Shown: piece by piece, positions 24,991-39,900 of the stretch
How positions within the stretch are numbered: the stretch's first letter is position 1
Layout: every line of letters begins with the position of its first letter
Assembly: GCF_006345805.1 (NCBI RefSeq)
Contig: NC_043006.1
Span: forward strand, 85,312,001 to 85,376,000
Length of the DNA: 64,000 bases
From: Octopus sinensis
Lineage: Eukaryota
Direction: 5' to 3'
Notes under the pieces: generated by a model
Told to the model about the DNA's origin: nothing
Seen by the model: only the letters and a program-made list of their open reading frames with translations
The model's database searches: none
Program-made: the position numbers and the translations under genes

Positions 24991-27900
24991 TATTAAAATT
25001 ATAAATTAGGGTATCTATGAGATACCACGATGCTGAAAATAGCAGCCATGATCTGACTCTAAAACCACCTTAAGTGTTCATATAGCAACATGGAGAGAAG
25101 ACAAAGAGACAAGATGAAACTACAAAAAAAATTACTGGATAATTCCAGATCCCGGATTTCTGGATTTGCATTTAGGAATGCTTTGCCTCGACAGTGGAAT
25201 ACACACAGAGAGAAACATAAATACATATATATATAAATAAATACAACATATGAATACTTACATATACAAACGTATACATACATATATATGCACATATGCA
25301 TCAAGACTAGTTATATATATATATCATCAGCATCATTTAGAATCTGTTTTCTATGCTTACATGGTGGATTGGACAGCTAGTAAAGTTGGGTGCAGCACCA
25401 GGCTCCACTGTCTGTTTTGGAATGGTTTCTATGGCTGGCTGCCCTTCCTAACACCAACCATTTTACAGAGCAAGTTGGATGCTGTTTATGTGGCACCAGC
25501 ACTGGTACCAATTCTGCAGAGGTGGACAGGTCTTCTCGAATACAGCAAGGCACCAGATATCTTGGCCCCTAGTCATCTTCTTTGTAAAACTTGGTATCTT
25601 GAGATCAGCCTTCAGTATTTTGTCCCTTGTCTTCCTGGGTCTCCCTCTTCCACAAGTTCTACACACACACACACACAATGTAGACTCAGTTACAGAACAT
25701 GAACTTTCCCCTCTTTAACTAATTATCTCTTACCTTAAACAAACTAATCTTTTCATGCTTCCAAATGCCGAGCATTCTGGTAATGACATCCAAAATCAAA
25801 AATACTTACCAATCACCAACGTCATATTCTTCATTAACAGGTGGTTTTGCCAGCTTTGACAAGTTCCGAAACAGAGTGCACGCCTGGATTTGTGGGCTTA
25901 ATTTACGCACCACGTGGGTAGCATAAAGCAGAACACACATGTTGCCCAGGGACTGACAAGCTGTGCTGTTAAAATAACTGGCCTGTAAATAAAGAGAAAT
26001 TATGAAGAAAATAACTAGATAATTAAATATATGTCAAGAAGCCATAATACTTCTGATTCTTCAGTAAGTGATATATGCACAAAAATTACTAATATAGATG
26101 AAGCTATAAGCTGTATGGTTTAAAGGTCTACTTTACTACCACAAGGTTCTGGTTTCAAGCCCATGTAACAGTAGCTTGGGCAAGTGTCTTCTTTATTGGT
26201 TTCAAATTGCCTTGTGAATGAAATTTGGAAGAGAGGTGGAAACTGTGTGGAAGTTTGTCATGTATATCATCATCATCATCATCAACATTTTAGTGTCCTC
26301 TCTTCCATGCATGCTTGTATCTGATAGAATAAGACTGAAACTGATTTTTGTGCAGCCAGATAGCCTTCCCTCACATGATTACTTTTACCTTCATTTGTCT
26401 CCAAGCAAAGTAACATTTCCTCAAGACTAGAGATGTTTGCATGGAAGATTAGAAATGAATGACATTATTTGTTTTAATGGTGACACTCGTTAACCATCAC
26501 AAGATATCATGCAGGAAGCTCTCAGCTTTTAAGTTACTTTATAACTTCTACCAATTATGAAATTTAATTATATATATATATATATATATATAGATATGTA
26601 CGTATATATGCGCAGGTGTGGCTGAATGGTAAGAAGCTTGCTTTCAGACCACATGGTTCTGAGTTCAGTCCTACTGAGTGGCACCTTGGGCAAGTGTCTT
26701 CTACTGTAGCTTCAGGTTGACCAAAGCCTCGTGAGAGAATTTGATAGATGGAAACTGGAAAAAGCCCAACATATATATATGTATATATCTATATATGTGT
26801 ATTTGTGTCTGTTTGTCCCACCCGTCACTGCTTCACAACCAGTGTTGGTGTGTTGGCTTAAAAAGTAAGTCCTGGGGTCGATTTGATCGGCTAAAACCAC
26901 TCAAGGTGGTGCTCCAGCATGACTGCAGGCAAATGACTGAAACAAGTAAAAGAATAAAAGAATGTGTGTGTGTATATATACATATACAGTTAAATAAGCA
27001 TGTAGTATGCTATGCAAAGCTCATCCATAGTTATTGGCTACCTGATGTCATCATACAGTAGAAATATTCCTGCTACTGGATATATATCAAGAATTTCACA
27101 ATTTCCATACAATTTATACAACTGGATAAATGATAGATGGTATGAGCGACATTCTTTACTTAAAATCACTACAATTGTTTCAACACATTTTTACACATTT
27201 AGTAGATTGGTGAGGTGATGTGCAATCATTATCATACATCCAAAATGTAAAATGTGCCTCCTCAGGTGACTGTTTAAATAAATCCTTCATCAGAACCTCT
27301 CATCGTTTCACTTGGAGTAATGATGCATACCCAAAGTGCTAACATCACTTCGCCTGTCTATAGTATCCTACCAACATTTGACGTATTCCAAGTTGTTTAT
27401 TTCAATATGAGCTCTATGTTATCATACCTTGCCATTTCTGGCATCCTACAAGTCCATGTGCCTTGATTCTCAAGAACTCATAACAAAATCACAACTACAT
27501 AACTACTGCTGCTAAACTGTCTGCAGTACCACATAAACACAAACACACATGCACTCAGATACTACCACATGCACACATACACACACACACCATTATCACA
27601 TTTCTTGCCTTAAAAAGACCCCACTTTTTCTGTCCCCACTTCCAGTCACTTGAACGTGCTTTTCTTGAACTTTTTTTCCATCTCTCTGGATTTTTCCTTT
27701 CTCCTCCTACTGACAAAAACCCATGCTCAGAAAATTACCCCACCATCTTTTCGCCATCTTAAACTGAGTGTCAACTTTATACATTCACTGTGTACATCCT
27801 TTAGACATTTGGTTTTATTTTTATTTTCAAATTGCCCATACACAGACATACACGTGTTTTAGTTTTTTTTCTTTCTAAGTAAATGTTTATGAATGGTCAT

Positions 27901-30900
27901 TATCAACAACAATATGCTTAGCATGCAGCTGTCAATCATATTACTCCTGTCAGTTTGAGTGATGGTTATGGTTAAGACAGATAAATATTTATATCTTCTA
28001 TAACTCATAGACAATCCACATTAAGTGCCTGTGCTCTGCTATACAATAAAAGACATTGGATACAGTAAAAAAAAATCATGACAAAGAGGATAACAGGTCA
28101 GAAGGTCAAAATCTACATTATTAATATGGTGGGATTAGTTTTACATCTAGTCATCATCATTAATGATGTTGATGATAAACAGATGTAAACTTTTTCCATG
28201 CATGTATGGGTCAGACAGAATTTGTTGAAGATTTTTTATGGCTAGATACTCTTCCTGTTGCCAATCCTCACCTGTATCTCATCATCATCATTTAACATCC
28301 ACTTTCCATGCTAGCATGGGTTGGACGAGTTGACTGAGGTCTGGCGAATCAGATGGCTGCACCAGGCTCCAATCTGATCTGGCAGAGTTTCTACAGCTGG
28401 ATGCCCTTCCTAACGCCAACCACTCCAAAAGTGTAGCGGGTGCTTTTACATGCCACCGGCACAAGGGCTAGTCAGGCAGTACTGGCAATGGCCACGCTCA
28501 AATGGTGCTTTTTATGTGCCATCTGCACAGGAGCCAGTCCAGCGGCACTGGCAACAACCTCGCTCAAATATTTTTTCACATGCCACCAGCACAGATGCCA
28601 GTAAGGCGACACAGGTAATGATCATGCTCGAATGGTGCTTTTTACATGCTACCGGCACGGCATCTGAATATGGTAATATTTCTCTATGGTTCATGTTTTT
28701 CACAGAGGACTGGAATTGAACAACCTTGCTTGAATGACAGAGATGCTCGTTTACAACCATCATGTGATATCTAGATAACAACACACACACACATTCACAT
28801 ATGAAGGCACACAGCTCAGTGGTTGGGCTCACAATCATGAGGTAGTGAGTTTGATTGCCGGACTGGGATGCGTGTTGTGTCCTTTGAACAAAACACTTTA
28901 TTCATGTTGCTCCAGTTCACTCAGCTATAGAAATGAGTTGCGCTATCACTGGTTCCAAGCTGTCTTGGAACTTTGCCTTTTCCTTGAATAACATCAGTGG
29001 CGTGGAGAAGGGAGGCTGGTATGCATGGGTGACTGCTGGTCTTCCATAAACAACCTTGCCTGGACTTGTGCCTCGGCAGGGATCTTTCTAGGTGCAATCC
29101 CATTATCATTCATGATGAAAAGAGGGGGGGGGCATTTTTTTTTTTTACATATATATGACAGGTTTCTTTCAGTTTCCCTTAACCAAATCCACTCACAAGG
29201 CTTTAGCAGCACAAGGCTATAGTGGAAGACACTCACCTAAGATTCCACCCACTTACAATAACTTTCTACACTAATACAGAACAAAAATTCGCAACTCAAT
29301 AACCCAAATATATTTGTTACGTCATCCATTACAGAAAATTATTACCACCAATTAGATTGGCTTTGTTTTTCTGAAAACAGGGCCTTATTCAGGTTCATTA
29401 ACCCTTTTTCTTGTCCAAAGCATTTTCATAAGTCTGCCCTAAACATCAATGCTTGCTTTCAGATTTAGTTTGTCCTTGTTTCATACATTCTGAGCAATAT
29501 AAAGCTTTCCTCTCATAAGTCTCAAGTTACTTTTGTGGTTGAAAAAAATTGGGAATGTATATTATATATGATGCATGGACAACTGGGAAATATGTCCTGC
29601 GGATTACAATTGATAAACAGGTCGGGTAAAGTGTTAATGTAATCTCACAGTAAAGTGTCTATCAAAGTAAAAATGTAGTCATAAGCTACCTCTTACTCCC
29701 ACTGGGTTTAAGTAACTGGATAACCAGAGAAATCTGTAATTGCATGTAAGACATATCATAAGGGAAGAAATTTGTAAACATGGCTATAGGTGCAGAAGTG
29801 ACTGTGTAGTAAGTAGCTTGTTTACCAACCACACGGTTCCGGGTTCAGTCCCACTGCATGGCACCTTGGACAAATGTTTTCTACTATAGCTCCAGGCTGA
29901 CCAAAGTTTTGTGAGTGTATTTGGTAGATGGAAACTGAAAGAAGCCCTAAGTGTGTGTGTGTGTGTGTGTCTGTGTGTTCCCCCACCATCGCTTGACAAC
30001 TGATGTTGGTGTGTTTACATACCCGTAACTTAGTGGTTCAGCAAAAGAGATTGATAGAATAAGTACTAGGCATACAAAGAATAAGTCCTGGGATCAATTT
30101 GTTCAACTAAAGAAGGTGCTCCAGCATGACCGCAGTCAAATGACTGAAACAAATAAAATAGAAGACTTAAATCATGTGACCATGGAGTTAGATCACATGA
30201 CATCGTCAAGCAAAATGCATACAACACTGCTTGCTTCCCAACCACATGGTTCCAGGTTCAGTCCCACTGTGTGACACTTGGGGCAAGTGCCTTCTACAAT
30301 AGCCTCAGGCCAATCACAGTCTTGTGAGTGAATTTGGAAGCCTTGTGAGTGGAAGATGGAAACTGAAAGAAGCCCATCATGTGTCTGTGTCTGTTTCCCC
30401 ATCACCACTTGACAACAGGTGTTGGTGTGTTTACGTCCCCATGACTTAGTAGTTTGGCACAAGAAGACCGATAGAACAAGTACCAGACTTTAAAAGGAAA
30501 TAAGTACTGGGGGGTGAGGCGATTCATTCAACTAAAAAAACCCTTCAAGGTGGTGCTCCAGCATAGCCACAATTAAAATGACTAAAACAAGTAAAAGAAT
30601 AAAGGAATATATATATACAAACATGACACATTCCGTATGAAATGATGAGGTTCTGTCTAAGAAGATGGGATTCCACCAAATCATCAGTCTGGAAGAAAAA
30701 TAAAAAATTGGTAAATGTAAAGACAGTCTCTAATTAAACTGATATTGAACAATAATAATTAAATGTTTTTGAGAATACATTAATTTCACTATTGATTAGC
30801 AGAAATAATCAAGTTTAGCTCATTAACAGAATAAATAAATTAAATCAGTTCTTCATGATTAAGTCTCCAACTCCATATATATTTTCGACGTTTCTTCCAT

Positions 30901-30920
30901 CAAATGAAACATATATATAT

Positions 30921-30960
<40 letters not shown>

Positions 30961-33900
30961 ACAAAATTTACTTGGAGGAGATGAAACAAAACGAAAACGA
31001 ATCGGATCGGATCGACGCGAGGGCGCTCAGTCATACAATAGTGTAATAAATAAAATATATGCATACATACATACATATATGTACGTACCTACATCTACAT
31101 GTATATATACATGCATATATATAAATATATATACGTAAGTACAGGACACCACAAATAGACGTAGAACTCAACGAGAAACGAAAACGTAAAAACAAACGTG
31201 GAAACGGACCTAAACGAAAAAAACAGAGTACAAGACAAACTGCACAAGGAAAAATCCCCTTCATCAGCTGTCCCTAGTTCAACTCTAGCGTGTTTCGAAG
31301 GTTGGATAGAACACGACTCGTGGAACTAGTCCTTCCTGCGAAGGAATTTTTAAAAATTACTTCGCAGAGGGGTAAAAACAAGGAAAGTTAAACAAAAAAA
31401 CGATACAAATAAAATTACAAAATAAAATACAAATAATAAAAATACAGTACAAGAATAAAACAAACAAAAAAAAACAGACAATGAGGGCCTTAATGCTGGC
31501 CTACACGAGGAAAGATTGTAAGAGCGCTAGAAGAACAGTGTTCACTGTTTGAATGCCAGCGGCGAAAAGGAAGCAACTCGCCTGGCTGTGAAAGAGATGA
31601 GGAGGAGTAGGGAGAGAAAGATAGAGGAAGACAAGCGGCTGTGAGAGAGAGATGAAGAGGAGTGAGAGAGAGAGAGGGAGATAGGAAAGGAAGAGAAGGT
31701 CAAGCAAAGAGTTGTAGAGTTTCGCGTCACAATTATAAATAACAAAACTTACTTGGAGGAATATAATACCATTAAACCAAATTCATGATTGGGCTGACAC
31801 CCAATGGCTTAAAATCAAGTCTTACTTAGCCAGAGAGAGAGAGAGAGAGAAGCAAACAGAGGGATAGATGCTTATATACAGTAGAGTCTACACAAGAGAT
31901 TTTCTCAGAACAAATTCTGCAGTATTATGGCAGTCTTATAATACATCCATGTTAAACAGGATACAGAGACTGCCACTGAGTAATAATATATTTATTTCAG
32001 CCAGTATGGGAGGCAACTCTAAAAAAACCTCCAGTCTTATTATGACCTCATCAGTAAAGTATAGCTTTCACCTGTTTACTGAAGCAGTGATGGGAGAACC
32101 ACTAAGTAAAATGTTTAGGATTTACTGATTGACAAGGAAATGTTTAAAGAATAAATTACTCAAAGATGTCAACTGCACAAAAAAAAATAATTAAGTTAGT
32201 ATTTATATATTTAATACAAGTGGAGTATTAAAATAAAATCTAACAAGTGGTAATTATGTGGTAAAGAAAAAAAGAATATTAACCATTGATTAATATTAGT
32301 TAAATAATTTTAGCACAAGCAGGAGACAATCCTGAAGTTAAAAAGATATCAAAAAGAGAGCTTATGGAATATTAAATAAATTGCTGTGAGGAATGGGAAA
32401 TTATAATTTATTCTTACTCTTTCTTTTGGGCCTTTTTCCTCTTTTTACTCTCTCTTACTTCTTTATTGCAAAACTAGATGCTACTAATTGGAGGAATTAA
32501 CATGAAATAGATAAATAATTCAATAAATAAATGAAGATATTTCTTACACTCAATCGTATGTAGTAAGATGGCTTTGCTATGATATCACTTTTCTTTTGGA
32601 AACAAACATCTCCAACCTGAAGAAAAAAACAAAACATCAGTAGAATATTTCATAGATCTCTGGGAGACTCTGCATGATTTTAATGTCATCTTCTAATCAG
32701 TATCATCATCATCATCGTTTAGCGTCCGTTTTCCATGCTAGCATGGGTTGGACGGTTCTACTGGGGTCTGTGAAGCCAGAAGGCTTCATCAGGCCCAGTC
32801 AAATCTGGCAGTGTTTCTACGGCTGGATGCCCTTCCTAACGCCAACCACTCCATGAGTGTAGTGGGTGCTTTTTACGTGCCACCCGCACAGGTGCCAGAC
32901 AGAGCTGGCAAACGGCCACGAACGGATGGTGCTTTTTATGTGCCACCGGCACGAGGGCCAGGCAAGGCTGGCAACGGACACGAAACGGGGCGGTGCTGGC
33001 AACGGTCGCGAAACGGAAGGTTCTCTTACATGCCACCGGCACTGGTAACACATCTGCAATTTCCATTGATCGATTTCCATTCTGATCCTCATTTGCCTCA
33101 ACGGGTCTTCACAAGTAGAGTTTTGACATGCCACCGGCACTGGTAACACATCTGCAATTTCCATTGATCGATTTCGATTCTGATCCTCACTTGCCTCAAC
33201 AGGTCTTCACAAGTAGAGTTTTGTGTCCCAAGAAGGGAAGGTATGCATACGTAGGCTGGCTCCATCCCATGTAGAAGGCCACGGGTTATGGACTCACTTG
33301 TCCTGCCGGGTCTTCTCGCGCACAGCACACTTCCAGAGGACTCGGTCTCTAGTCATTTCCTCAGTGAGACCTAAAGTTCGAAGGTCGTGCTTCACCACCC
33401 GTCCCAGGTTTTCCTGGGTCTGCCTCTTCCGCAGGTTCCCTCAACCGCTAGGGTGTGGCACTTTTTCACACAACTATCTTCATCCATTCTCGCCACATGA
33501 CCATACCAGCGCAAACGTCTCTCTTGCACACCACAACTGATGCTTCTTAGGTCCAGCTTTTCTCTCAAGGTACTTACACTCTGCCGAGTATGAGTACTGA
33601 CATTACACATCCATCGGAGCATACTGGCTTCATTTCTTGCGAGCTTACGCATATCCTCAGCAGTCACGGCCCATGTTTCACTGCCATGTAGCATGGCTGT
33701 TCGTACACACGCATCATACAGTCTGCCTTTCACTCTGTGCGAGAGGCCTTTTGTCACCAGCAGAGGTAAGAGCTCTCTGAACTTTGCCCAAGCTATTCTT
33801 ACTCTAGCAGTTACACTTTCAGCACACCCGCCCCCGCTGCTGACTTGGTCACCTAGTATATAATTAATTTATGTTTTGGACACAAGTACAGGGAGTGAAA

Positions 33901-36900
33901 TGAAGACGGGATAGTGAGATTCATTACTAAGAGGCTAAGGAAATGACCCTTTAATCCTTTTGTTACTGTATTTATTTTGAGATGTTCTGTGTTTCTTTCA
34001 ATTACTTTAAATATAACAAAGAATTTAGTAAAATAACTTAGTCATCATTCAGTTAGTGTTAGGAACATAAATTGTGACTAAGGTTTGGTGGCAGATTTTA
34101 ATTCAAAACTTATGAAAACAAGACATTTGTACTCAAAGCTAGAGCTGGTTTCAGCCGGGTTGGTAACGAAAGGGTTAAATAGAAATGCCGTTGTTGCTTT
34201 TGGAAGACTTTCTCCTTTCTGACTTCAATGATGCCTTCTAATCAGTGTTTAATTAATTTATGTTTTAGTCATGAGTACAGGGAATGAGATGAAAAAGGGG
34301 ATAGTAAGATTCATTACTTGGAAGCTAAGGAAATGGTCCTTTAAATGGAAATCTGAATTGTTGTTGTCATCGTTGTTTTAATGTTCACTTTTCCATACTT
34401 TTATGGGTCCAGCAGGAATTTATTGAGGTTTTCTATGGCTGGATGCCCTTTCTGTTGTCAACAGTTACTTCTTTCAAAGCAAAGTAATATCTCCCCAAGG
34501 CCAGACATGTTTTCACAGAAGACTGGAAACAAAGATACTGCTTTTATGGTGGTGACACTCGCTTACAGCTATCACATGATGCCAAGACAAGGAGACACCA
34601 CACACAGGAACAGGCTTCTTTCAATTTCCATCCAACAAATCCACTCAATATGCTTTGGTCGGCCTGGAGCTTTAGTAGATGACACTTACTCAAACAGCTA
34701 TGCAGTGGGACTGAACCTAAAACCATGTGGTTGGGAAACAAACATCTCAACTGCACAGCTATGCCTGAGTATCCATACAATTAAATGGACATAAACTTGC
34801 AAATGCCAGGGAAACATGGAAAATATCAGACCATAAAACTTTAATGAGGAGCACAGTGGAGGTGGTTAAGGGGTATGGTAGTGATAATGACCATGGTACC
34901 CTTGAATACTTTTAGACAACTACTTATTCTGTAAGATTTAGAAGGCATGGCTGGGTAATAAAGAATTTGCTTCCCAAGCACATGGTTTTGAGTTCAGTCT
35001 CACTATATGGCACATTGGGCAAATATTTTCTACCACAGTCACCAAGTCAACCAAAGCCTTGTGATAGAACTATCCAAGGAAATATTATCAATAGTATATA
35101 AATTTGTAACCCTTTGATTTGTAACTAGTTTAATAAGTGCTAATGCACAAAACTCTCAAACCTTGGGTCAATCTTCTGCTAAATATTAGTTTCAAATTTT
35201 AGCACAAGGCCAGCAAGTTTGGAGGAATTGGATAAGCTGATTACATCGATCCCAGTCCTCAACTAGTACTTATTTTATTGACCCGAAAAGGTGAAAGGCA
35301 AAAATTGACCTCGGCAGAATTTGAACCCAGAATGCAAAGAGGGATGAAATGCCGTTAAGCATTTTGCTTGGCATGCTAAAGATTCTGCCAACTCACTGCC
35401 CTTCTTCAGCTAAATATTTAAAATATATACAGAGGGTAAAAGCTAAAGACCCCCTTTGGTCAGCAGTTGCCCATACAAACCAGCAGTCCATGCATACCTC
35501 CCCTCTCCACACCACTGATGTTATCCAACGGAAAGGCAAACGCTGATACAGATTGGCACCAGTGATGTCGCAACTCATTTCTACTGCTGAGTGAATTGGA
35601 GCAATGAAATAAAGTGTCTTGCTCAAGAGCACAACACACAGTCCAGTCCAGGAGTCGAACTCACTACCTTGTGATTGTGAGCCCAATGCTCTAACCACTG
35701 AGCCATGCGCCTTCACATGCATGTATGTATGTAGGTCTATGTATGTTTGTATGTATGCATGTATATATATATATATGAATGTATGTATGTGTGTTACTGC
35801 CTCCTTGCCTTGACATCACATGATAGTTGCAGGCAGTGTCCTTTGTTCCCCAATATCCATGAAAGTATAACCTCTGGTCATGAGGAAATACTACCTTGCT
35901 TGGAAACAGAGATGAGGGTTGGTGACAGGAACAGCATCCAGCCATTAAAAAAAATCTATCTGAACAACTTCCATCCAATCCGTGCAAGCATGATAAGATG
36001 GATGTTAAAGCAATAATGATGAATTTAAGAAAACAAAAATCAGTGAAAATGATTGTCATACATTACCTTATTTGAACGTGGACAAGTACAGTTTGCATAA
36101 TTTGGTAATACTGACAGGATCTGTGTACACCGGACACACCTAAATGATAAGCAAAGCCATTTTTACTTCAAATCAAAGTCTTTAATCTGTTTTAGGATTT
36201 TATATTTCTATTTTAACAAGATATACATGATTCCATAATTACCAGATATTTGCAAGTATCCACTTCAGTTTAACTGACTATTTATAAGGAAGTTGTGTGG
36301 AAGCTTGCTTCCTAACCAGTTAGTTATGGTTTCACTCCCACAGCATGGCACCTTGACCAAGTGTCTTCTTAAAAATACATACATATAGACATATAATGCC
36401 AAAACAGACAGTGAAGCCTGGTGCAGTCTTCTATCTAACCAGCCCCTGTCAAACCGTCAAGCCCACTCCAGCAAGGAAAGCAGATTTTAAATGATGATAA
36501 TGATGATGATGACACACATCATCATCAGCGTTTTTACATCCACTTTTCCATATTCATATAAGCTGAATGGAATTTTTTTGAGGCTGGTTTTCTGCAGTCA
36601 AATGCCCTTGTTGCCAACTGTTAGTTCTTTCTAAGCAAAGAAACATTTCCCAATAGCCAGATAGCCTTCATGGATGATTGGGAATGGAGGACTCTGCTTG
36701 CAGGATGGTGACAATCGTTTACAATTATTACATGATGTCAAGGCAAGGAGACAATCACACACACACTCAAGCAAGCACACAGACACATAAGCATGCGCAC
36801 ACACAGAGGCTTCTTTCAGTTTCCATCTGCCAAATCCCCTCACAAGGCTTTGATCAATCCCCAGGACTACAGTAGGAGACACTTTCCCAAGCTGCTATAC

Positions 36901-39900
36901 AGTGGGATATATGTGTGTTTGTTCTTCTGTGTGCCCTATCCATGTTAGTGTGCATGCTTGTGTCTGTGTGTGTGTGCATATGCTTGTGTGTGAGTTCATT
37001 TCTAACAATAACCCTTTAGCATTTAAACTGACCATATCAGGCTCAGATGTTCTACCTGTTTTATGTTCGAACTGGCCACTTACCCAGCAATGTTCAAACC
37101 TCTCACACTTACCCTGCAATGTCATTCTTTAAATAAACAATTACATCATCAATATATCAAAGCTACAAGATAATAGATGATAAATTCAAAACAATGTGAA
37201 TAACTAAGCATTACATTTAACAAAATAACCTGAATGTTGAAGGTTTATGTCAACAAAACACATTAATTTATCAATTACACTGTGAAAATTAATCAAGTAT
37301 TTTGAATACATGCCTGTTTTTTGCACCATTGGGTATGGTATTTCCTTTACATGGTACACAGTTTTGGACAGCCTGATCCTGGGAATTTTTAATCCATTCC
37401 CCATCCAATTTTCTCTCCACTGTATCTCAGAAAGACAAAGACAATGCAATTAGCAAGCTGTTAAAAAAAAAGTTTATTTATTTATAAATTAAGTCAAACG
37501 CATGCACTGGAACCATGTGAAATGAATAAGAATAATGGCCTGGATTTTTGTTGGTTATGATAGCAAGTGTTCCACTTGAATTGATCAACAGAACAGCCTG
37601 CTCATGAAACTAATGTGCAAGTGGTTGAATACTCCACATATATGCATGCTCTTAACATAATTCTCATGGAAATTCAGCATGATACAGAATCTGACAAAGC
37701 TGGCTCTCTGAATGACAGAACTCACTTTTGCCAGCTGAGTGGACTGGAGTAACGTGAAATAAAGTGTCTTGCTCAAGAACACAATGCACTGCTGGGAATT
37801 GAACTTTAGGCCTTACAATCACGAGCTGAATACCCTAAGCACTAAGTCACACGCCTGGTGAGTGAAGTGAATAATACATTTTCTTTAATTGGGTAATAAC
37901 TTTAACACTTTTGTTACCACATTTCTGTCAAAATACATTGTTTTGGCAATAACAAAGAATTTGGTAAAATTAACCTTGTCATTATTAAACAGGTGCTAGA
38001 ACAAGGGTGGAGGCGCAATGGCCCAGTGGTTAGGGCAGCGGTCTCACGGTCAGAGGATCGCAGATATGTATAAAACTGGCTTCTTTCAGTTTCCATCTAC
38101 CAAATCCACTCACAAGGCTTTGGTCAGCCTGAAGCTATAGTTGAAGACACTTGCACAAGGTGCCACACAGTGGGACTGAACCCGGAACCGGGACCATGTG
38201 GTTGGGAAGCAATGCACACACACACACACACACACCCTAAAGGGGCTTTTGAATCACCCTGTTGACTAAAACCCTTCAAACAAAGTGACTTTTAACCTAT
38301 TCTATTTACGACTGGTTATTTTTTCCTTCAACCCCTTAGCATTTAAACCAGCCCTAACTGGCTTGAATATTTTACTTGTTTTATGTTCAAAGTAGTTACA
38401 TCTGGCCTCTCACACCTATCCTACAATGTCATTAATGCATGATTAATTCAAAACAATGTGAATGAATAAGCACTGCATTTGACAAAGTGATCTGAATGCT
38501 AAAGGGTTAAAACAAAGATGACACTGAAAGTTCAGTAGAAACACAATCAACAATTAGTAACAGCTGTTTTCTTGGTTTATTATTTCTCCCCAATAAAATA
38601 CAGTGATGGCAATTAAAGTTATCTTTAAGTTGTTGATAGCAATTGAAACACAGATTTCAGATAAGCAGACACTAAGTGTTCACTAAATCATAATGTATGA
38701 GAATAAAGTAGTTAATAAGAATAAGCTATTTTTACCTGTTATATTCTTGCCTATACACGATGCACATTTATTGTTGCTTGACAAAGTATCGTTGTGACAG
38801 TAGACACAACTCCAACCATCTTTTGAAGTGACCTGTAAAGAATACAAGAAAAAGACTAAGTCTTTCAGATGGTCAATATATATTGCATCCAACATCATAT
38901 ATCATCATCATCATCGTTTAATGGCTGCTTTCTATGATGGCATAGGCTGGACAGTTTAACTGAGGCTGCACCAGGCTCCAATCTGATCTGGTAAGGTTTC
39001 AACAGCTGAATGCCCTTCCTAACACCAACCACTCTGAGAGTGTATTGGGTGTTTTTTATGTGCCACTAGCATGGGAGACAGTCAGGGGGCACTGGCATTG
39101 ACCACATTTGGATGGTGCTTTTTATGTGCCACCAGCATATTAGGTGTCCACATTAGTGGTCATTCCTCTTAATTTTGTATGCAACACAATCTTTAATCTT
39201 CGGACTTTTTTAATATGCTAAGCCACTGGTTTTAATTGATTAATATCAATTTCTACCCTTATTAATTAATTTTAAATAAAAAATGTTCTCTAACCGGTAA
39301 ATTGGCTACTGAAATTTATTAACTGCAGAGTAATTGCCAGCCTCAGCACGCCAAAGTGAAGACATTTGAAAAATACACCCAAATATAATTTGTAGAACTT
39401 TATACATACTCGATTTCAGTTGAGCATTCTGTATCTAGTTCTGGAAATTGTGTGTTTTGTAAGAGACAGACTACGCTGACGATCTTGCAGATATCTGCGT
39501 GTTTGCATACATAGACATTAACAAGTGAAACCATCGGTACGTAGGTTATTGTTTTTTATTTTGTATAGTTTCATTTGTCTTACTCATTTTTACATGTTGG
39601 CATTTTGCTGAAATTTTTCTTGAGAACACATTCTTCATGATAATGGCGATTTGACGTCTATGTTTAGCATATTAGGTGTCCACTTTAGTGGTCATTCCTC
39701 TTAATTTTGTATACTCTCTTTACTCTTTTACGTGTTTCAGTCATTTGACTGCGGCCATGCTGGAGCACCGCCTTTAATCGAGCAACTCGACCCTGGGACT
39801 TATTCTTTTGTAAGCCCAGTACTTATTCTATCGGTCTCTTTTGCCAAACCGCTAAGTAACGGGGACATAAACACACCAGCATCGGTTGTCAAGCAATGTT

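Noticed and set aside
29690-29737. QISLVIQLL peptide resembling meckelin QISLSVHL
   Set aside because: Wrong position in gene order and runs into a stop; the real segment is in exon 13.
31255-31330. GAAAC...CTGATGA on the minus strand as a possible type-II hammerhead
   Set aside because: Stem I and stem III cannot be paired, and no GAAA follows the CTGATGA.
31985-32060. CTGATGA-GGTCA...TGGCT-GAAA on the minus strand
   Set aside because: Helix II is plausible but no stem I pairs with any NUH site; at best a decayed relic.
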